Source: Gemmatimonadales bacterium (lineage in GTDB: Bacteria > Gemmatimonadota > Gemmatimonadetes > Gemmatimonadales > GWC2-71-9). From it: a DNA stretch of 39,958 nt. The position numbers and the translations under genes are program-made. The notes below the pieces were generated by a model. It searched no databases. It had not been told where the DNA came from and saw nothing but the letters and a program-made list of their open reading frames with translations. The stretch covers positions 1 through 39,958 of the forward strand of contig DASWAI010000084.1 in assembly GCA_036391215.1 (NCBI GenBank), in the 5' to 3' direction. Every line of letters starts with the position of its first letter. The stretch's first letter is position 1. Of the stretch, positions 9,420 through 19,336 are shown piece after piece.

Positions 9420-12014
9420 TTACACCCGCAGCACCTCGAGCGGCGGGCGCCGGACCGCCTCGCGCGTGGTCCAGAGGCCCACGCTCACGGTGAGCGCCAC
9501 GATCGCGGCGACCAGCGCGGCCAGCGGCGCCAGCGGCAGCCAGAAGCGGCCGTCGAAGAACCACCGCGCGAGTCCCCAGCCCGCGCCCGCGGCGAGCAGC
9601 ACCGCGGTGAGCGACGACAGGAGGCCCAGCGCCAGATACTCCGCGAAGGCGATGCGGAAGATCTGGCGCCGCGTGGCCCCCAGTGTCCGGAGCAGCACCG
9701 CCTCCCGCAGCCGCGCGAGCCGGCTGGTGGCGATGGCCCCCACCAGCACGAGCGCGCCCACGGCCAGGCTGAACCCGGCCATGAACCGGATGGCGAGCGC
9801 CACCCGGCCCACCAGCCGCTCGATCTGCTCCTGCACCAGCGCCAGATCGATCGTCGTGACGTTCGCGAACCGCTCGACCAGCTGGCGCTGGAAGCGGCCC
9901 CGCGCCGCCGGATCGTCGATCCGGGTGAGCGCCACCAGCGTGTGCGGCGCCTGCTCCAGGCGCCCCGGAGCGAATACCACGAAGAAATTGGGCTCGAAGC
10001 GAGCCCAGCTGACCTCCCGCAGGCTGGTCACCCGCGAGGGGATCGCGATGCCCTGGACGTCCCACACGATCTCGTCTCCCAGGGTCACGCCCAGCTCCCG
10101 CGCGAGGTCCTCCTCTACCGAGATGGAGACGGGTGCCGCGCCGCCCGGCGTGTCGGGCGGCACCGGCTTCATCCAGGAGCCCGCCACCAGCCGCTCCGAT
10201 GCGACCACCGTGTCCCGCCACGTGCTCCGGTACTCGCGGCGGAGCGCCCAGGCGTTGGACGGCCCGTCCCTGCCGGCGCCGTCCCTGCCGCGCTCCCGTC
10301 CGGTCGCGCCGGGGCCCGCGGCGGTGTCCGCCAGAAGGCTCGCGACCGGCGTCCCCTTCACCGACAGAATCCGCATCGGGACGATCGGCACCGGGCCGTA
10401 CTCGGGGAGCCCGCTCGCCTCCAGCTCCCGCGCCACCGCCTGCGCCTGATCGGTCTGGATGTCGAGCAGCAGCAAATTGGGGCGCTGCGGTCCGCCGGTC
10501 GTCTCGATGCCGCGGAGCAGGTTGTGCTGCACCAGGAACAGGGTGCTGAGCAGAAACGCCCCGAACCCGAGCGCGAGCACGACGGCGACGGTCTGATTGG
10601 CCGGGCGAAACAGGTTGGCGAGTCCCTGGCGCCAGACGTAGGGCCACCCGCCGGGGAACCAGCGGCGCACCGCGCGCATGAGCAGCCACGCCGCCAGCCA
10701 GAGCACGCCGAGCGAGAGGCCGATGCCGGCCGCGAAGATGGCGCCGGTCCGCCAGCTCCCGACCTCGAGCACGGCGAGAGCGACGACGCTCGCGGCCAGG
10801 AGGGCGGCCGCGGGCCAGCGCCACGGGTCCCGCGGGGTGGGGGCCGTCTCGTACGGGCGCCGGATCGCGGCGAGCGGGGAGACCCGCCGCACCGCGAGGA
10901 GCGGCAGCAGGGCGAACACGAGCGCCGTCCACACCCCGAGGCCTATCCCCAATGCGATCTCGCGGACGGCGGGCGTGGCGTGCACGTCCACGGGGAGCAG
11001 ACCCCGCAGCACGCCGGGCAGGGCCTGTTGCGCCAGCACGCCGACCGCCGCCCCGGCGACGCTGCCGGCCAGGCCGAGGACGGCGGCCTGGGTGAGGTAC
11101 ACGGCGAACACCTGGCTCGCGGTGGCGCCGAGGCACCGCAGCACCGCGATGGACTCGAGCTTCCGCCGCACGAACACGAGCACGGCGCTGCCGACGCCGA
11201 TCCCCCCCAACAGCAGCGCGACGAGCGCCACGAGACCGAGATACTTCGAGAGCCGGGTGAGCAGGTCGTTGAGGTCGCGCCGGTCGTCGGCCACGGTGCG
11301 GACCCGCGCCCGCTCCGGGCGGAGGACCGGCCGGAGCCGGTCCGCCACCGACGCGGCGGAGAGGCCGGGCCTGAGCTTCACCAGCGCCTGCCGCTCCGCC
11401 TGGGACCCGAAGCCGAGGAGGCGCGTCTCGTCCAGGTAGCGGGCGGGAATGAAGATGCGGGGCCCGAACGCGGCGCGCACGCCGACGTCTCCCGGAAGGT
11501 TGACGAGCGTGCCGGTCACGACGAACCGGCCTTCGCCCAGGGCGAGCGTGTCGCCCACGCGGGCATCGAGCGCGGTGAGCAACACCGGGTCCACCACCAC
11601 CCGGCGCCCGTCCTGAAGCTCGGCCCAGGCCCCAGCGGGCTCGGTCCGGATCTCTCCGTAGAACGGATAGGGGCCCTGGACCGCGGACGCCTGCACCAGA
11701 CGGGTGCCGGTGGTGCGCGGCACGTAGGCCATCGCCGGGAAGTTGGTGAGCCGCGCCGTGGCGGCGGAGGGGAGGGAGTCGAGCGCCGCCTCCACCGCCT
11801 TGGAGAACGGCGCCCGGCTCGAGACGACGAGGTCGGCGCCGAGGAGTGCCTGCGCCTGCCGGCGGACCGAGTCCTGGAGGTTCGCGGTGAACGAGTTGAT
11901 GGCGACCAGCGCCGCCACGCCCGCGCCCACCGCGCCCACCAGGAGCGCGAGCCGTCCGGCCTCGGCGCGCAGCTCGCGCCAGGCCATGCGGAGGACGAAT
12001 CGGGGGGAGATCAC
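9420..12014 (-). CDS. ABC transporter permease with two FtsX-type domains (YbbP-like, MacB-type)
   Basis: 864 aa with about 10 TM segments in two repeated FtsX-like halves and large extracytoplasmic loops. Its GTG start overlaps the ATPase stop (12011-12014). The first 219 aa of track ORF 9420..12671 are an out-of-frame shadow of the ATPase gene. Confidence 0.85.
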   Translation of the reverse strand: MISPRFVLRMAWRELRAEAGRLALLVGAVGAGVAALVAINSFTANLQDSVRRQAQALLGADLVVSSRAPFSKAVEAALDSLPSAATARLTNFPAMAYVPRTTGTRLVQASAVQGPYPFYGEIRTEPAGAWAELQDGRRVVVDPVLLTALDARVGDTLALGEGRFVVTGTLVNLPGDVGVRAAFGPRIFIPARYLDETRLLGFGSQAERQALVKLRPGLSAASVADRLRPVLRPERARVRTVADDRRDLNDLLTRLSKYLGLVALVALLLGGIGVGSAVLVFVRRKLESIAVLRCLGATASQVFAVYLTQAAVLGLAGSVAGAAVGVLAQQALPGVLRGLLPVDVHATPAVREIALGIGLGVWTALVFALLPLLAVRRVSPLAAIRRPYETAPTPRDPWRWPAAALLAASVVALAVLEVGSWRTGAIFAAGIGLSLGVLWLAAWLLMRAVRRWFPGGWPYVWRQGLANLFRPANQTVAVVLALGFGAFLLSTLFLVQHNLLRGIETTGGPQRPNLLLLDIQTDQAQAVARELEASGLPEYGPVPIVPMRILSVKGTPVASLLADTAAGPGATGRERGRDGAGRDGPSNAWALRREYRSTWRDTVVASERLVAGSWMKPVPPDTPGGAAPVSISVEEDLARELGVTLGDEIVWDVQGIAIPSRVTSLREVSWARFEPNFFVVFAPGRLEQAPHTLVALTRIDDPAARGRFQRQLVERFANVTTIDLALVQEQIERLVGRVALAIRFMAGFSLAVGALVLVGAIATSRLARLREAVLLRTLGATRRQIFRIAFAEYLALGLLSSLTAVLLAAGAGWGLARWFFDGRFWLPLAPLAALVAAIVALTVSVGLWTTREAVRRPPLEVLRV

Positions 12015-12679
12015 GCGGCGGAGTCGGCGACCACCCGCCCGTCCGCCAGCCGGATCGTGCGGCGGGCGCGGCCGGCGAGGTCGAGATCGTGGGTCACGAG
12101 CACGAGCGTCGTGCCGAGGTCCCGGTTGAGCTCGACCATGAGGTCGATGATGCCGCCGCCCGTGGCCGCGTCGAGGTTGCCGGTCGGCTCGTCGGCGAAG
12201 AGGATCTTGGGCCGGTTGCTGAACGCGCGCGCCAGCGCCACGCGCTGTTGCTCGCCCCCCGACAGCTGCGCGGGATAGTGGTGGCCCCGCTCGGCGAGCC
12301 CGACCCGGGCGAGCAGCTCGTCGGCCGTGCCGGCCGCGCCGTCGCCGTGCAGCTCGAGCGGGACCTGCACGTTCTCCCGGGCGGTGAGCGTCGGGATGAG
12401 CTGGAAGGACTGGAAGACGAAGCCGACCTTCTCGCCCCGGAGCCGCGCCAGCGCGTCTTCGTCGAGCGCGCCGAGATCCTGCCCGTCCAGGCTGACCCGG
12501 CCGGTCGTCGGTCGGTCCAACCCGGCCAGCAGGCCGAGCAGCGTGGTCTTGCCGCTGCCGGACGGTCCGACGACCGCGACGAAGGCGCCCCGCTCCACCC
12601 TGAAGCTGATATCCTTCAGCACCGTGAGCTCGCGTCCGCCCGAGAGGTAGGTGCGGCCGAGCGATTCGCACTCGAGCAT
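12011..12679 (-). CDS. ABC transporter ATP-binding protein (YbbA/LolD/MacB-NBD-like)
   Basis: Walker A GPSGSGKTT, Q-loop, signature LSGGEQQRVALARA, Walker B ILFADEPTGNLD, H-loop VTHD. 222 aa counted from the ATG at 12679. Confidence 0.9.
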   Translation of the reverse strand: MLECESLGRTYLSGGRELTVLKDISFRVERGAFVAVVGPSGSGKTTLLGLLAGLDRPTTGRVSLDGQDLGALDEDALARLRGEKVGFVFQSFQLIPTLTARENVQVPLELHGDGAAGTADELLARVGLAERGHHYPAQLSGGEQQRVALARAFSNRPKILFADEPTGNLDAATGGGIIDLMVELNRDLGTTLVLVTHDLDLAGRARRTIRLADGRVVADSAA

Positions 12680-12685
12680 GGCCGA

Positions 12686-13369
12686 ATGATATCCCGGTAT
12701 GTCGTGCTTCTTGGCCTGCTCGCGTCGGGTGCGTGCGGGCGGCGGGACAATTCTCCGCCGGCGCGCCCGCCCGCCGCGGCGGCTCAGCCTGCCGCGGACG
12801 CGGCGCGGCCGACCGTGGTCTTCCTGGGCACGAGCCTGACCGCGGGCCTCGGACTCGATCCCGCGCAGGCGTATCCGGCGCTGGTGCAGGCGAAGATCGA
12901 CTCGGCCGGGCTCCGCTACCGGGTGGTGAACGCGGGCGTGAGCGGCGAGACTTCGGCCGGTGCGCTGCGCCGGATCGACTGGCTCCTGCGCGACCATCCC
13001 GCGGTGCTCGTGATCGAGACCGGCGCGAACGACGGGCTCAGGGCCCAGGACCCCGACTCGACCCGGGCGAACATCCAGGCGATCATCGACCGGGCCCGGG
13101 CCCTCGCGCCGCCGCCCCGCATCGTGCTGGCGGGGATGGAAGCCCTCCCGAACTACGGGCCGCTGTACGCGCGCCGGTTCCGCGCCATCTACCCCGAGCT
13201 CGCCAGGCGGAACCACCTCCCGCTCGTCCCGTTCCTGCTCGCCGGCGTGGCCGGAGTGGATTCGCTCAACCAGGCGGACGGCATGCACCCGACCGCGGCG
13301 GGACAACGCATCGTCGCGCAGACGGTGTGGCAGACGCTCGGGCCGGTGCTCCGCGGCTCAGCCCGCTAG
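12686..13369 (+). CDS. SGNH/GDSL arylesterase-thioesterase-lysophospholipase (TesA-like), secreted or lipoprotein
   Basis: SGNH blocks FLGTSLTAG (catalytic Ser), NAGVSGET, ETGANDG, DGMHPT. The N-terminal signal ends in LASGAC. The ATG at 12686 is 6 nt from the divergent ATPase ATG. Confidence 0.85.
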   Translation: MISRYVVLLGLLASGACGRRDNSPPARPPAAAAQPAADAARPTVVFLGTSLTAGLGLDPAQAYPALVQAKIDSAGLRYRVVNAGVSGETSAGALRRIDWLLRDHPAVLVIETGANDGLRAQDPDSTRANIQAIIDRARALAPPPRIVLAGMEALPNYGPLYARRFRAIYPELARRNHLPLVPFLLAGVAGVDSLNQADGMHPTAAGQRIVAQTVWQTLGPVLRGSAR

Positions 13370-14581
13370 CCCCCCGGCCGCGACCGCGGCCAGCTCCTCG
13401 ACCGCGCGGGTGATCTCGTCCGCCGTGTTGTAGTAGTGGGGCGAAATGCGGACGGCCGACGCGGCGCCCTTCTGGTCCATGTCGATCACCGCGGCGGCGC
13501 GGGTGGTGGCGCTGGTGTTGATGTGGCGGCGGCGGAGCTCGAGCTTCACCGCGTCCGCGTCGAGCCCGCCCAGCGCCACCGTCACGATGGCGCACAGCTC
13601 CGCGCCGCGGTCCAGCACGCGCGCGCCGGGAACCTCGGCCAGCTTGAGGCGGGCGTCGGCCGCGAGCGCGCGAGCGCGGTCCCGGGCCGTCTCCAGGCCC
13701 ACGTCGAGGGCGTACAGCGCGGCGGCGCCGAGGCCGAGCACGGCGGCGCAGGCGATCTCCCAGGTCTCGAAGCGGCGCGCGTCCGGCGCGACCTCGAAGG
13801 CGTCGGGATCGATCCAGGTGGCGCCGTGCATGTCCATCATCAGCGGATGCGCGCCTGACGCGAGGACGCGGTCGGATGCGTACAGGAACCCGATGCCGCG
13901 GGGTCCGCGGAGGAATTTGCGGCCGGTGGCCGTGAGATAGTCGCAGCGCAGCCGGGCGACGTCCACCGGCATCTGGCCCACGGCCTGGCACGCGTCCACG
14001 AGATAGGGGACGCCGGCCTCCTCGCATGCGGCGCCAACCGCCTCCACGTCCTGCACCAGCCCCGAGTTGGTCGGGACCCAGGTGACGGCGACCAGGGCCG
14101 GGCGGCGGCGGCGCAGGTGCCGGCGCACCGAATCGGGGTCTACCCCTCCCTCCGGCAGATCGTCCGCCCGCACGATCTCGACGCCCCGCCGCCGCGCCAG
14201 CGAGAGGTAGGTGATCTGGTTCGAGGCGTAGTCGTTGCGCGTCGTGAGGATCGTGTCGCCGGGCGCGAGGTCGAACGCGGAAAGCGCCTGGGTGAACGCG
14301 ATCGTGTTGCTCTGGGCCAGCGCGATGTTCCGCGGCTCCGCCCCCACGAGCCGGGCCAGGGCGGCATACGCCTCCGCCACGGCGGGGGCCACGGCGTCGG
14401 CAGCCTCGTAGCCCCCGAGCGTGGACTCGAGCGCGAGGTGGCGAGTCACGGCCTCGGCCACGGGGCGCGGCACGAGCGCCGCGCCCGCGTTGTTGAGGTG
14501 AATGCGAGTGGTGCAGCCGGGGGTGTCGGCGCGCCAGCGCGCGAGGTCGGAAACCTGGGGGTCGAGCCGGGTGGATGCCAT
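13358..14581 (-). CDS. Aminotransferase class V-fold PLP-dependent enzyme (cysteine desulfurase/epimerase-like)
   Basis: HLNNAGAAL, DACQAVG, and the PLP-lysine segment ATGRKFLRGPRGIGFLY. I chose the ATG at 14581 (GGAG 6 nt upstream) over 14599. The 3' end overlaps the convergent tesA-like gene by 12 nt. Confidence 0.8.
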   Translation of the reverse strand: MASTRLDPQVSDLARWRADTPGCTTRIHLNNAGAALVPRPVAEAVTRHLALESTLGGYEAADAVAPAVAEAYAALARLVGAEPRNIALAQSNTIAFTQALSAFDLAPGDTILTTRNDYASNQITYLSLARRRGVEIVRADDLPEGGVDPDSVRRHLRRRRPALVAVTWVPTNSGLVQDVEAVGAACEEAGVPYLVDACQAVGQMPVDVARLRCDYLTATGRKFLRGPRGIGFLYASDRVLASGAHPLMMDMHGATWIDPDAFEVAPDARRFETWEIACAAVLGLGAAALYALDVGLETARDRARALAADARLKLAEVPGARVLDRGAELCAIVTVALGGLDADAVKLELRRRHINTSATTRAAAVIDMDQKGAASAVRISPHYYNTADEITRAVEELAAVAAGGLAG

Positions 14582-14607
14582 CTCATCTCCGCGGTACATT
14601 GAGCGCC

Positions 14608-15510
14608 ATGCATCGTACGCTGGCCATCGCCTTCGCGTTTCATGCCCTCGCCGCGCCGGCTCGCGCGCAGGACGAGACCGCCCTCCGCACCTACTTCGAG
14701 GGCCGCACGGTCATGGTGAAGGTGGCCATGCCGGCCACCGAGGCGGGGATCGACGTCTATCCCGGCACCCCGCAGCCCGTCGATTACCCGGAGCTGGCCA
14801 AGCGGATGAAGAAGAACGGCATCGCCATCCAGGCCGGCCAGCCCGCCCTCGTGACCAAGCTCAAGGTGAAGGGCAATCTGGTCGAGTTCCAGCTCGACGG
14901 CGGGGGCTATGGCACCGCGGGGGACCCGACGGACCCGACGGTTTCCGTGCAATCGATGCCCAAGACCCAGCGGGAGAAGGACGTCGAGCAGGCCGTGAAG
15001 CAGGAGACCGATCCCACCCTCAAGCGCCGGCTGCAGGGTGAGCTGGACGGGCTCCGCTCGGAGCGCGAGCGTGAGGACCGGCGCAACCGGGCCGTCGCGG
15101 CCACCGCGACGGAGCGGAAGCGGGAGTACATCCAGGAGCGCCGGCTCCAGGGCGGGTCCCGGTTCAATCTGCGATACCGGGCTGGCGTGCCATCGGCGGC
15201 GCTGACCGTCGAGGCGGTGAAGGCGGCGCTCGCCGACTACGTGGATTTCGAGGAGCGGGCAACGGCTCCGGTGGGCGGCGGTCCGGCCGAGGCGGCGCCT
15301 CCGGCAGAGCCGCAGGCAGGACCCCTCGCGCTCCGGAAGGGCATGACGGCGGACGAGGCGGACCGGCTCCTCGGCGCGCCCGCGAGCACGAGGGACCGGA
15401 AGGAGGGCACGCTGGCGGTGAACGTCCGGACCTACGACAGCGCCTCCGGGCAGGTGCGGGCGGAGTTCGTCGAGGGCGTGCTGGTCCGCTTCACGATCAC
15501 CTCACGGTGA
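14608..15510 (+). CDS. Hypothetical secreted protein with a charged coiled-coil-like middle and a BamE/SmpA-like C-terminal segment
   Basis: Signal peptide MHRTLAIAFAFHALAAPARAQ, GC3-rich coding, and C-terminal LRKGMTADEADRLLGAP...VRTY. I recognise no enzymatic motif. Confidence 0.6.
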   Translation: MHRTLAIAFAFHALAAPARAQDETALRTYFEGRTVMVKVAMPATEAGIDVYPGTPQPVDYPELAKRMKKNGIAIQAGQPALVTKLKVKGNLVEFQLDGGGYGTAGDPTDPTVSVQSMPKTQREKDVEQAVKQETDPTLKRRLQGELDGLRSEREREDRRNRAVAATATERKREYIQERRLQGGSRFNLRYRAGVPSAALTVEAVKAALADYVDFEERATAPVGGGPAEAAPPAEPQAGPLALRKGMTADEADRLLGAPASTRDRKEGTLAVNVRTYDSASGQVRAEFVEGVLVRFTITSR

Positions 15511-16070
15511 GTCTCCGGCTCCTCGCGTTCGCGGCGTCGCTCCGCCGGGGCTCGCTCAATCGGCGGTTGCTCGCGCGGGCGGTCGAGCTGGCGGTCGCCG
15601 CCGGCGCCGTCGTCGACCTGGCGGAGTTCGCCGAGTTCGACATGCCCCTCTTCAACCATGATGTGCAGCAGGCGACCGGATTCCCCGCCGGCGCGCAGGA
15701 ACTTGCCCGGCGCGTGCTGGCGGCCGACGGCATGCTGATCGCCTCGCCGGAGTACAACTTCTCGCTGCCGGGCACGCTCAAGAACGCCATCGACTGGGTG
15801 TCGCGCATGAAGCCGATGCCCTTCAGCGGGAAGAGCGCCTTCCTCATGGCCGCGTCCAACGGCATGATCGGCGGGGTCCGCGGGCTCTGGCAGCTGCGCA
15901 TCCCGCTCGAGGGATGCGGCGTCGTGGTCTATCCCGGCATGTTCCCGCTGTCCCTGGCCGGTCAGGCGTTCGGCGACGACGGGGGGCTCAAGGATCCCCA
16001 GGTCGAGGAGCGGCTGCAAAAGTTGCTGGAGGGATACCTGAAGATGGCGAGGCTCCTGACCCCTCCCTGA
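15507..16070 (+). CDS. NAD(P)H-dependent FMN reductase family oxidoreductase
   Basis: SLRRGSLNRRL, ASPEYNFSLPGTLKNAIDW. Its GTG overlaps the upstream stop (GTGA at 15507-15510). Confidence 0.85.
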   Translation: MSLRLLAFAASLRRGSLNRRLLARAVELAVAAGAVVDLAEFAEFDMPLFNHDVQQATGFPAGAQELARRVLAADGMLIASPEYNFSLPGTLKNAIDWVSRMKPMPFSGKSAFLMAASNGMIGGVRGLWQLRIPLEGCGVVVYPGMFPLSLAGQAFGDDGGLKDPQVEERLQKLLEGYLKMARLLTPP

Positions 16071-16076
16071 GCGCCG

Positions 16077-16508
16077 TTACTCGAGGGTCGCCACGAGCTC
16101 CATCGGCACGTTCCCTTTCAGCGCCTGCGACACCGGACATCCGTCCTTGGCCGACTCCGCGGCCTTCCGGAATGCGGCCTGGTCGATCCCCGGCACCTTG
16201 CCGCGCACGTCGAGCCGCATGGAGACGATGCGGAACCCGTCGCCGACCTTGTCGATGGTGCATGCCGCCGTGGTGCTGATCCGGGTCGCCGGCGTCTTCG
16301 CGAGATCGAGCCCGGCGGCCAGCGCCATGCTGAGGCACGCGGCGTGGGCCGCGGCGATCAGCTCCTCGGGGTTGGTGCCCTTCGCGCCCTCGAACCGCGT
16401 GGGGAACGAGTAGTCCCCCCGGAATGCGCCCGAAGCGGCCTCGAACCGCCCCTTGCCGGTCCGCAGCACGCCCTCCCAGACCGCGCTCGCCTTGCTCGTC
16501 GTCGCCAT
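16077..16508 (-). CDS. osmC: OsmC family peroxiredoxin
   Basis: 143 aa with TNPEELIAAAHAACLSMAL and the second catalytic Cys in AKDGCPVSQAL. SD GGGAGGA is present. The rest of track ORF 16077..16757 is an upstream extension. Confidence 0.9.
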   Translation of the reverse strand: MATTSKASAVWEGVLRTGKGRFEAASGAFRGDYSFPTRFEGAKGTNPEELIAAAHAACLSMALAAGLDLAKTPATRISTTAACTIDKVGDGFRIVSMRLDVRGKVPGIDQAAFRKAAESAKDGCPVSQALKGNVPMELVATLE

Positions 16509-16617
16509 GTCGTCCTCCCGAAGTGGGTCGTTTCCGAATCTACACCGAATCCTTCCCGACCCGGCGCTCGTCGGGTTAGGTTGTACGCCGTTTCCCGAAC
16601 CCCCCCTCCAGCGCCGG

Positions 16618-18771
16618 ATGGTGCCGATGCGCCGCACCTTGTTTCGCCTCGCAACTCCCGTCCTCGTCCTGACACTGACGATCGCCGCCGGGCGGCCCGT
16701 GAACGCGCAGGCGGCGCCCGCCGGCACGGACGCGGCGAATGTGACCGGCTTCGTCAAGGAGTTCGGGACGATGTGGACCTTCGACGCGCCGCCGCTCGAC
16801 TACTGGAAGGCGCGTTACGGCTTCAGCCCGGACCAGGCCTGGCTCGACCACGTGCGGCTCGCGTCGGTGCGCCTGCCGATCTGCTCGTCCTCGTTCGTGT
16901 CGTCCGAAGGTCTCGTGATGACGAACCACCACTGCGGCCGCGCCTGCATCACGGCGGTATCGCCGCCGGACACGAGCTACCAGCGGACCGGGTTCGTGGC
17001 GCGCACCGTGTCGGAGGAGAAGAAGTGCCCCGGCCTCTACGTGGACCAGCTCGTGGCGATCGGGGACGTCACGCAGAAGATCCGCGCCCGGGTCACCGCG
17101 CCCACGGCGGGCCAGCAGGTCGCCCAGCGGGACGCCGCGATCCAGGCGATCCAGGACGAATGCCAACAGCAGTCGGGCAACGTCTGCCAGGTGGTCACGT
17201 TCTATCAGGGCGGGCAGTACTCCCTCTACCAATACAAGCGCTACTCCGACGTGCGTCTGGTGATGGCGCCGGAGGAGGAGATCAGCTTCTACGGCGGCGA
17301 CCCGGACAACTTCACCTATCCCCGGTACGATCTCGACCTGACCCTGCTCCGGGTCTACGAGAACGACGCGCCCATGAAGACGAAGGACTTCCTCAAGTGG
17401 AGCGGGGCCGGCGCGAAGGAGGGCGACCTGGTCTTCGTGATCGGGAATCCGGGCTCCACGGGGCGGCTGCTCACGGTGGCCCAGATGGAGTACCTGAGGG
17501 ACGTGACCTACCCGGCGCAGCTGGCCCAGCTCAAGCGGACCATCGGCATCTACCAGGAGGCCATGTCGCGAAGCGAGGATGCCCGCCGCCAGTGGGAGAA
17601 CCAGCTCTTCTACGCTCAGAACTCCTTCAAGGCGATCACCGGGTACCAGGCCGGGCTGCTCGACACCGCCATCATGGCCAGGAAGCACACCTTCGAGCGC
17701 GACTTCCGGGCCCGCGTGAATCGCGATCCCAGGCTCCGGGCCCGGTACGGCGACGCCTGGACCAGGATCGCGGAGGCGCTCCGGCAGGAACGCGCCGTCG
17801 CGGCCAAGTCGCGGTACTACGGCTTCGGCGGCTCGCAGCTCCTGGCGCTCGCCGGCATCATCGTGCGGGTTCCGGAGCAGGGGGCGCTGCCCGACTCGGC
17901 GCGGCTCCCGGCCTACCGGGGTGAGGGGCTGGAGAACGCCCGGCGGGTGGCGGGGGGTGACGTGCCGATCGACAAGGAGCTGGAGAAGCTCACCCTGACC
18001 GCGCAGCTCACGGCGGCCAAGCGGGAGCTTCCTGCCTCTGACCCGTATCTCGCCGCGCTGCTCCAGGGCCGGAGCCCCGAGGTTGCCGCGGAGGCGCTGG
18101 TCGAGCAGACGACCCTGGCCGACCCCGCCGCGCGGAAGGCGCTGCTCGACGGCGGCGCCGCGGCGGTGCGGGCCTCCACCGATCCCATGGTCGTCGCGGC
18201 GCGCCGCATCGCGCCGCTCTCGCGCGCGGTCGCCATGCGGGTGGACCGGCTCGAGTCCACCGCGTCGGCCAACGCGGAGCGGATCGGGCAGGCGCTCTTC
18301 GCGGCCTACGGCACCTCGCTTCCGCCGGACGCGACGTTCACGCTGCGGATCAGCGACGGGGTCGTGAAGGGCTATCCAATGAACGGGACCAGGGCGCCGT
18401 ACAAGACCAGCTTCTATGGTCTCTACGGCCGCGCCGCCGACTTCGACGACCAGCCCCCGTTCCGCATCCCGCAGCGCTGGGAGGCGGCGCGCGACCGGCT
18501 CGATCTCTCGACGCCGTTCGACTTCGTCATGACCAACGACATCATCGGGGGCAACTCGGGAAGCCCGGTCATCAACCGGGACGGCGAGGTGGTCGGTCTC
18601 ATCTTCGACGGCAACATCGAGAGCCTGCCCAACCGGTTCATCTACACCGACGAGGTCGCGCGGTCGGTGGCGGTGCACTCGCGGGCGATCACCGAGGCGC
18701 TCCGGAAGGTGTACGACGCGGGGCGGATCGCGGACGAGCTGGAGGGGACGGCCAAGGTCAGCCAGGAGTGA
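16618..18771 (+). CDS. S46 family serine peptidase (dipeptidyl-peptidase 7/11-like), secreted
   Basis: Signal peptide, catalytic His in VMTNHHCG, catalytic Ser in IIGGNSGSPVINRDGEVVGLIFDGN, and a long helical insert typical of S46. Confidence 0.9.
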   Translation: MVPMRRTLFRLATPVLVLTLTIAAGRPVNAQAAPAGTDAANVTGFVKEFGTMWTFDAPPLDYWKARYGFSPDQAWLDHVRLASVRLPICSSSFVSSEGLVMTNHHCGRACITAVSPPDTSYQRTGFVARTVSEEKKCPGLYVDQLVAIGDVTQKIRARVTAPTAGQQVAQRDAAIQAIQDECQQQSGNVCQVVTFYQGGQYSLYQYKRYSDVRLVMAPEEEISFYGGDPDNFTYPRYDLDLTLLRVYENDAPMKTKDFLKWSGAGAKEGDLVFVIGNPGSTGRLLTVAQMEYLRDVTYPAQLAQLKRTIGIYQEAMSRSEDARRQWENQLFYAQNSFKAITGYQAGLLDTAIMARKHTFERDFRARVNRDPRLRARYGDAWTRIAEALRQERAVAAKSRYYGFGGSQLLALAGIIVRVPEQGALPDSARLPAYRGEGLENARRVAGGDVPIDKELEKLTLTAQLTAAKRELPASDPYLAALLQGRSPEVAAEALVEQTTLADPAARKALLDGGAAAVRASTDPMVVAARRIAPLSRAVAMRVDRLESTASANAERIGQALFAAYGTSLPPDATFTLRISDGVVKGYPMNGTRAPYKTSFYGLYGRAADFDDQPPFRIPQRWEAARDRLDLSTPFDFVMTNDIIGGNSGSPVINRDGEVVGLIFDGNIESLPNRFIYTDEVARSVAVHSRAITEALRKVYDAGRIADELEGTAKVSQE

Positions 18772-18851
18772 GAAGTGAGAGGTGAAAAGTGAGAAGGGGG
18801 ATCCGTGGACCACCGGAGCCCCCTTCTCACCTCTCACTTCTCACGTCTCAC
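18768..18851. repeat. Palindromic heptad-repeat element, copy A (long imperfect hairpin; probable bidirectional terminator)
   Basis: Left arm GTGAGAA GTGAGAG GTGAAAA GTGAGAA GGGGG. Central part ATCCG..CGGAG. Right arm CCCCC TTCTCAC CTCTCAC TTCTCAC GTCTCAC. It lies between convergent genes and contains both of their stop codons. Confidence 0.75.
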
Positions 18852-19336
18852 CCTCCCAGCCGGTGGTTCAACCCCAGGACCAGCCGGAACGGGCTGGTGC
18901 TGTTCACCCAGGTCCAGCGGAACTCGGCGAAGGGACGGCTGCGGGCGGACGGCGGTGCGAAGTTGAGCCCGAAGAACCCGTTGTACCCCGTCTTGACCTT
19001 GTCGAGCGGCAGCACCTTCACGAACGCGATGCCGCCGCCGGCGTAAATGCTCCTGCCCGGCCCGAACGTGATCGTCGCGTCGCCGTTGAGCTGCCAGCGG
19101 AACGGCGTCCGGTCTCCGAAATACCAGTCGCCGCTCGGCCGGATCTCGAACCGGTCCTGGAGCCGGATCCCCATCTGGGCGCCGAGGCTCCAGGCATGGT
19201 CCTCGAAGTCGCGACCGCCGCGGACGCCCGCGGTGAGCTCGGGTCCGGGTCCAACCCGCTGGGCCAGCGCGCGGGGAGCGACGAGCGTGGCGAGAGCCAG
19301 GCAGCAGAGCAGTGCGGGCATCAGCTTGAGAGGCAT
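18848..19336 (-). CDS. Hypothetical secreted protein, possibly a small outer-membrane beta-barrel
   Basis: Signal peptide MPLKLMPALLCCLALATLVAPRALAQ, alternating hydrophobic beta-strand pattern, aromatic C-terminal region. SD AAGGA lies before the ATG. Confidence 0.55.
   Translation of the reverse strand: MPLKLMPALLCCLALATLVAPRALAQRVGPGPELTAGVRGGRDFEDHAWSLGAQMGIRLQDRFEIRPSGDWYFGDRTPFRWQLNGDATITFGPGRSIYAGGGIAFVKVLPLDKVKTGYNGFFGLNFAPPSARSRPFAEFRWTWVNSTSPFRLVLGLNHRLGG

Noticed and set aside
9420-12671. A 1083-aa ORF that suggests a fused ABC ATPase-permease.
   Set aside because: Its first 219 aa or so are an out-of-frame read-through of the ATPase gene and are RPG-rich nonsense. The true ATPase is in another frame (12011..12679), and the permease starts at the GTG at 12014 with a GTGA overlap.
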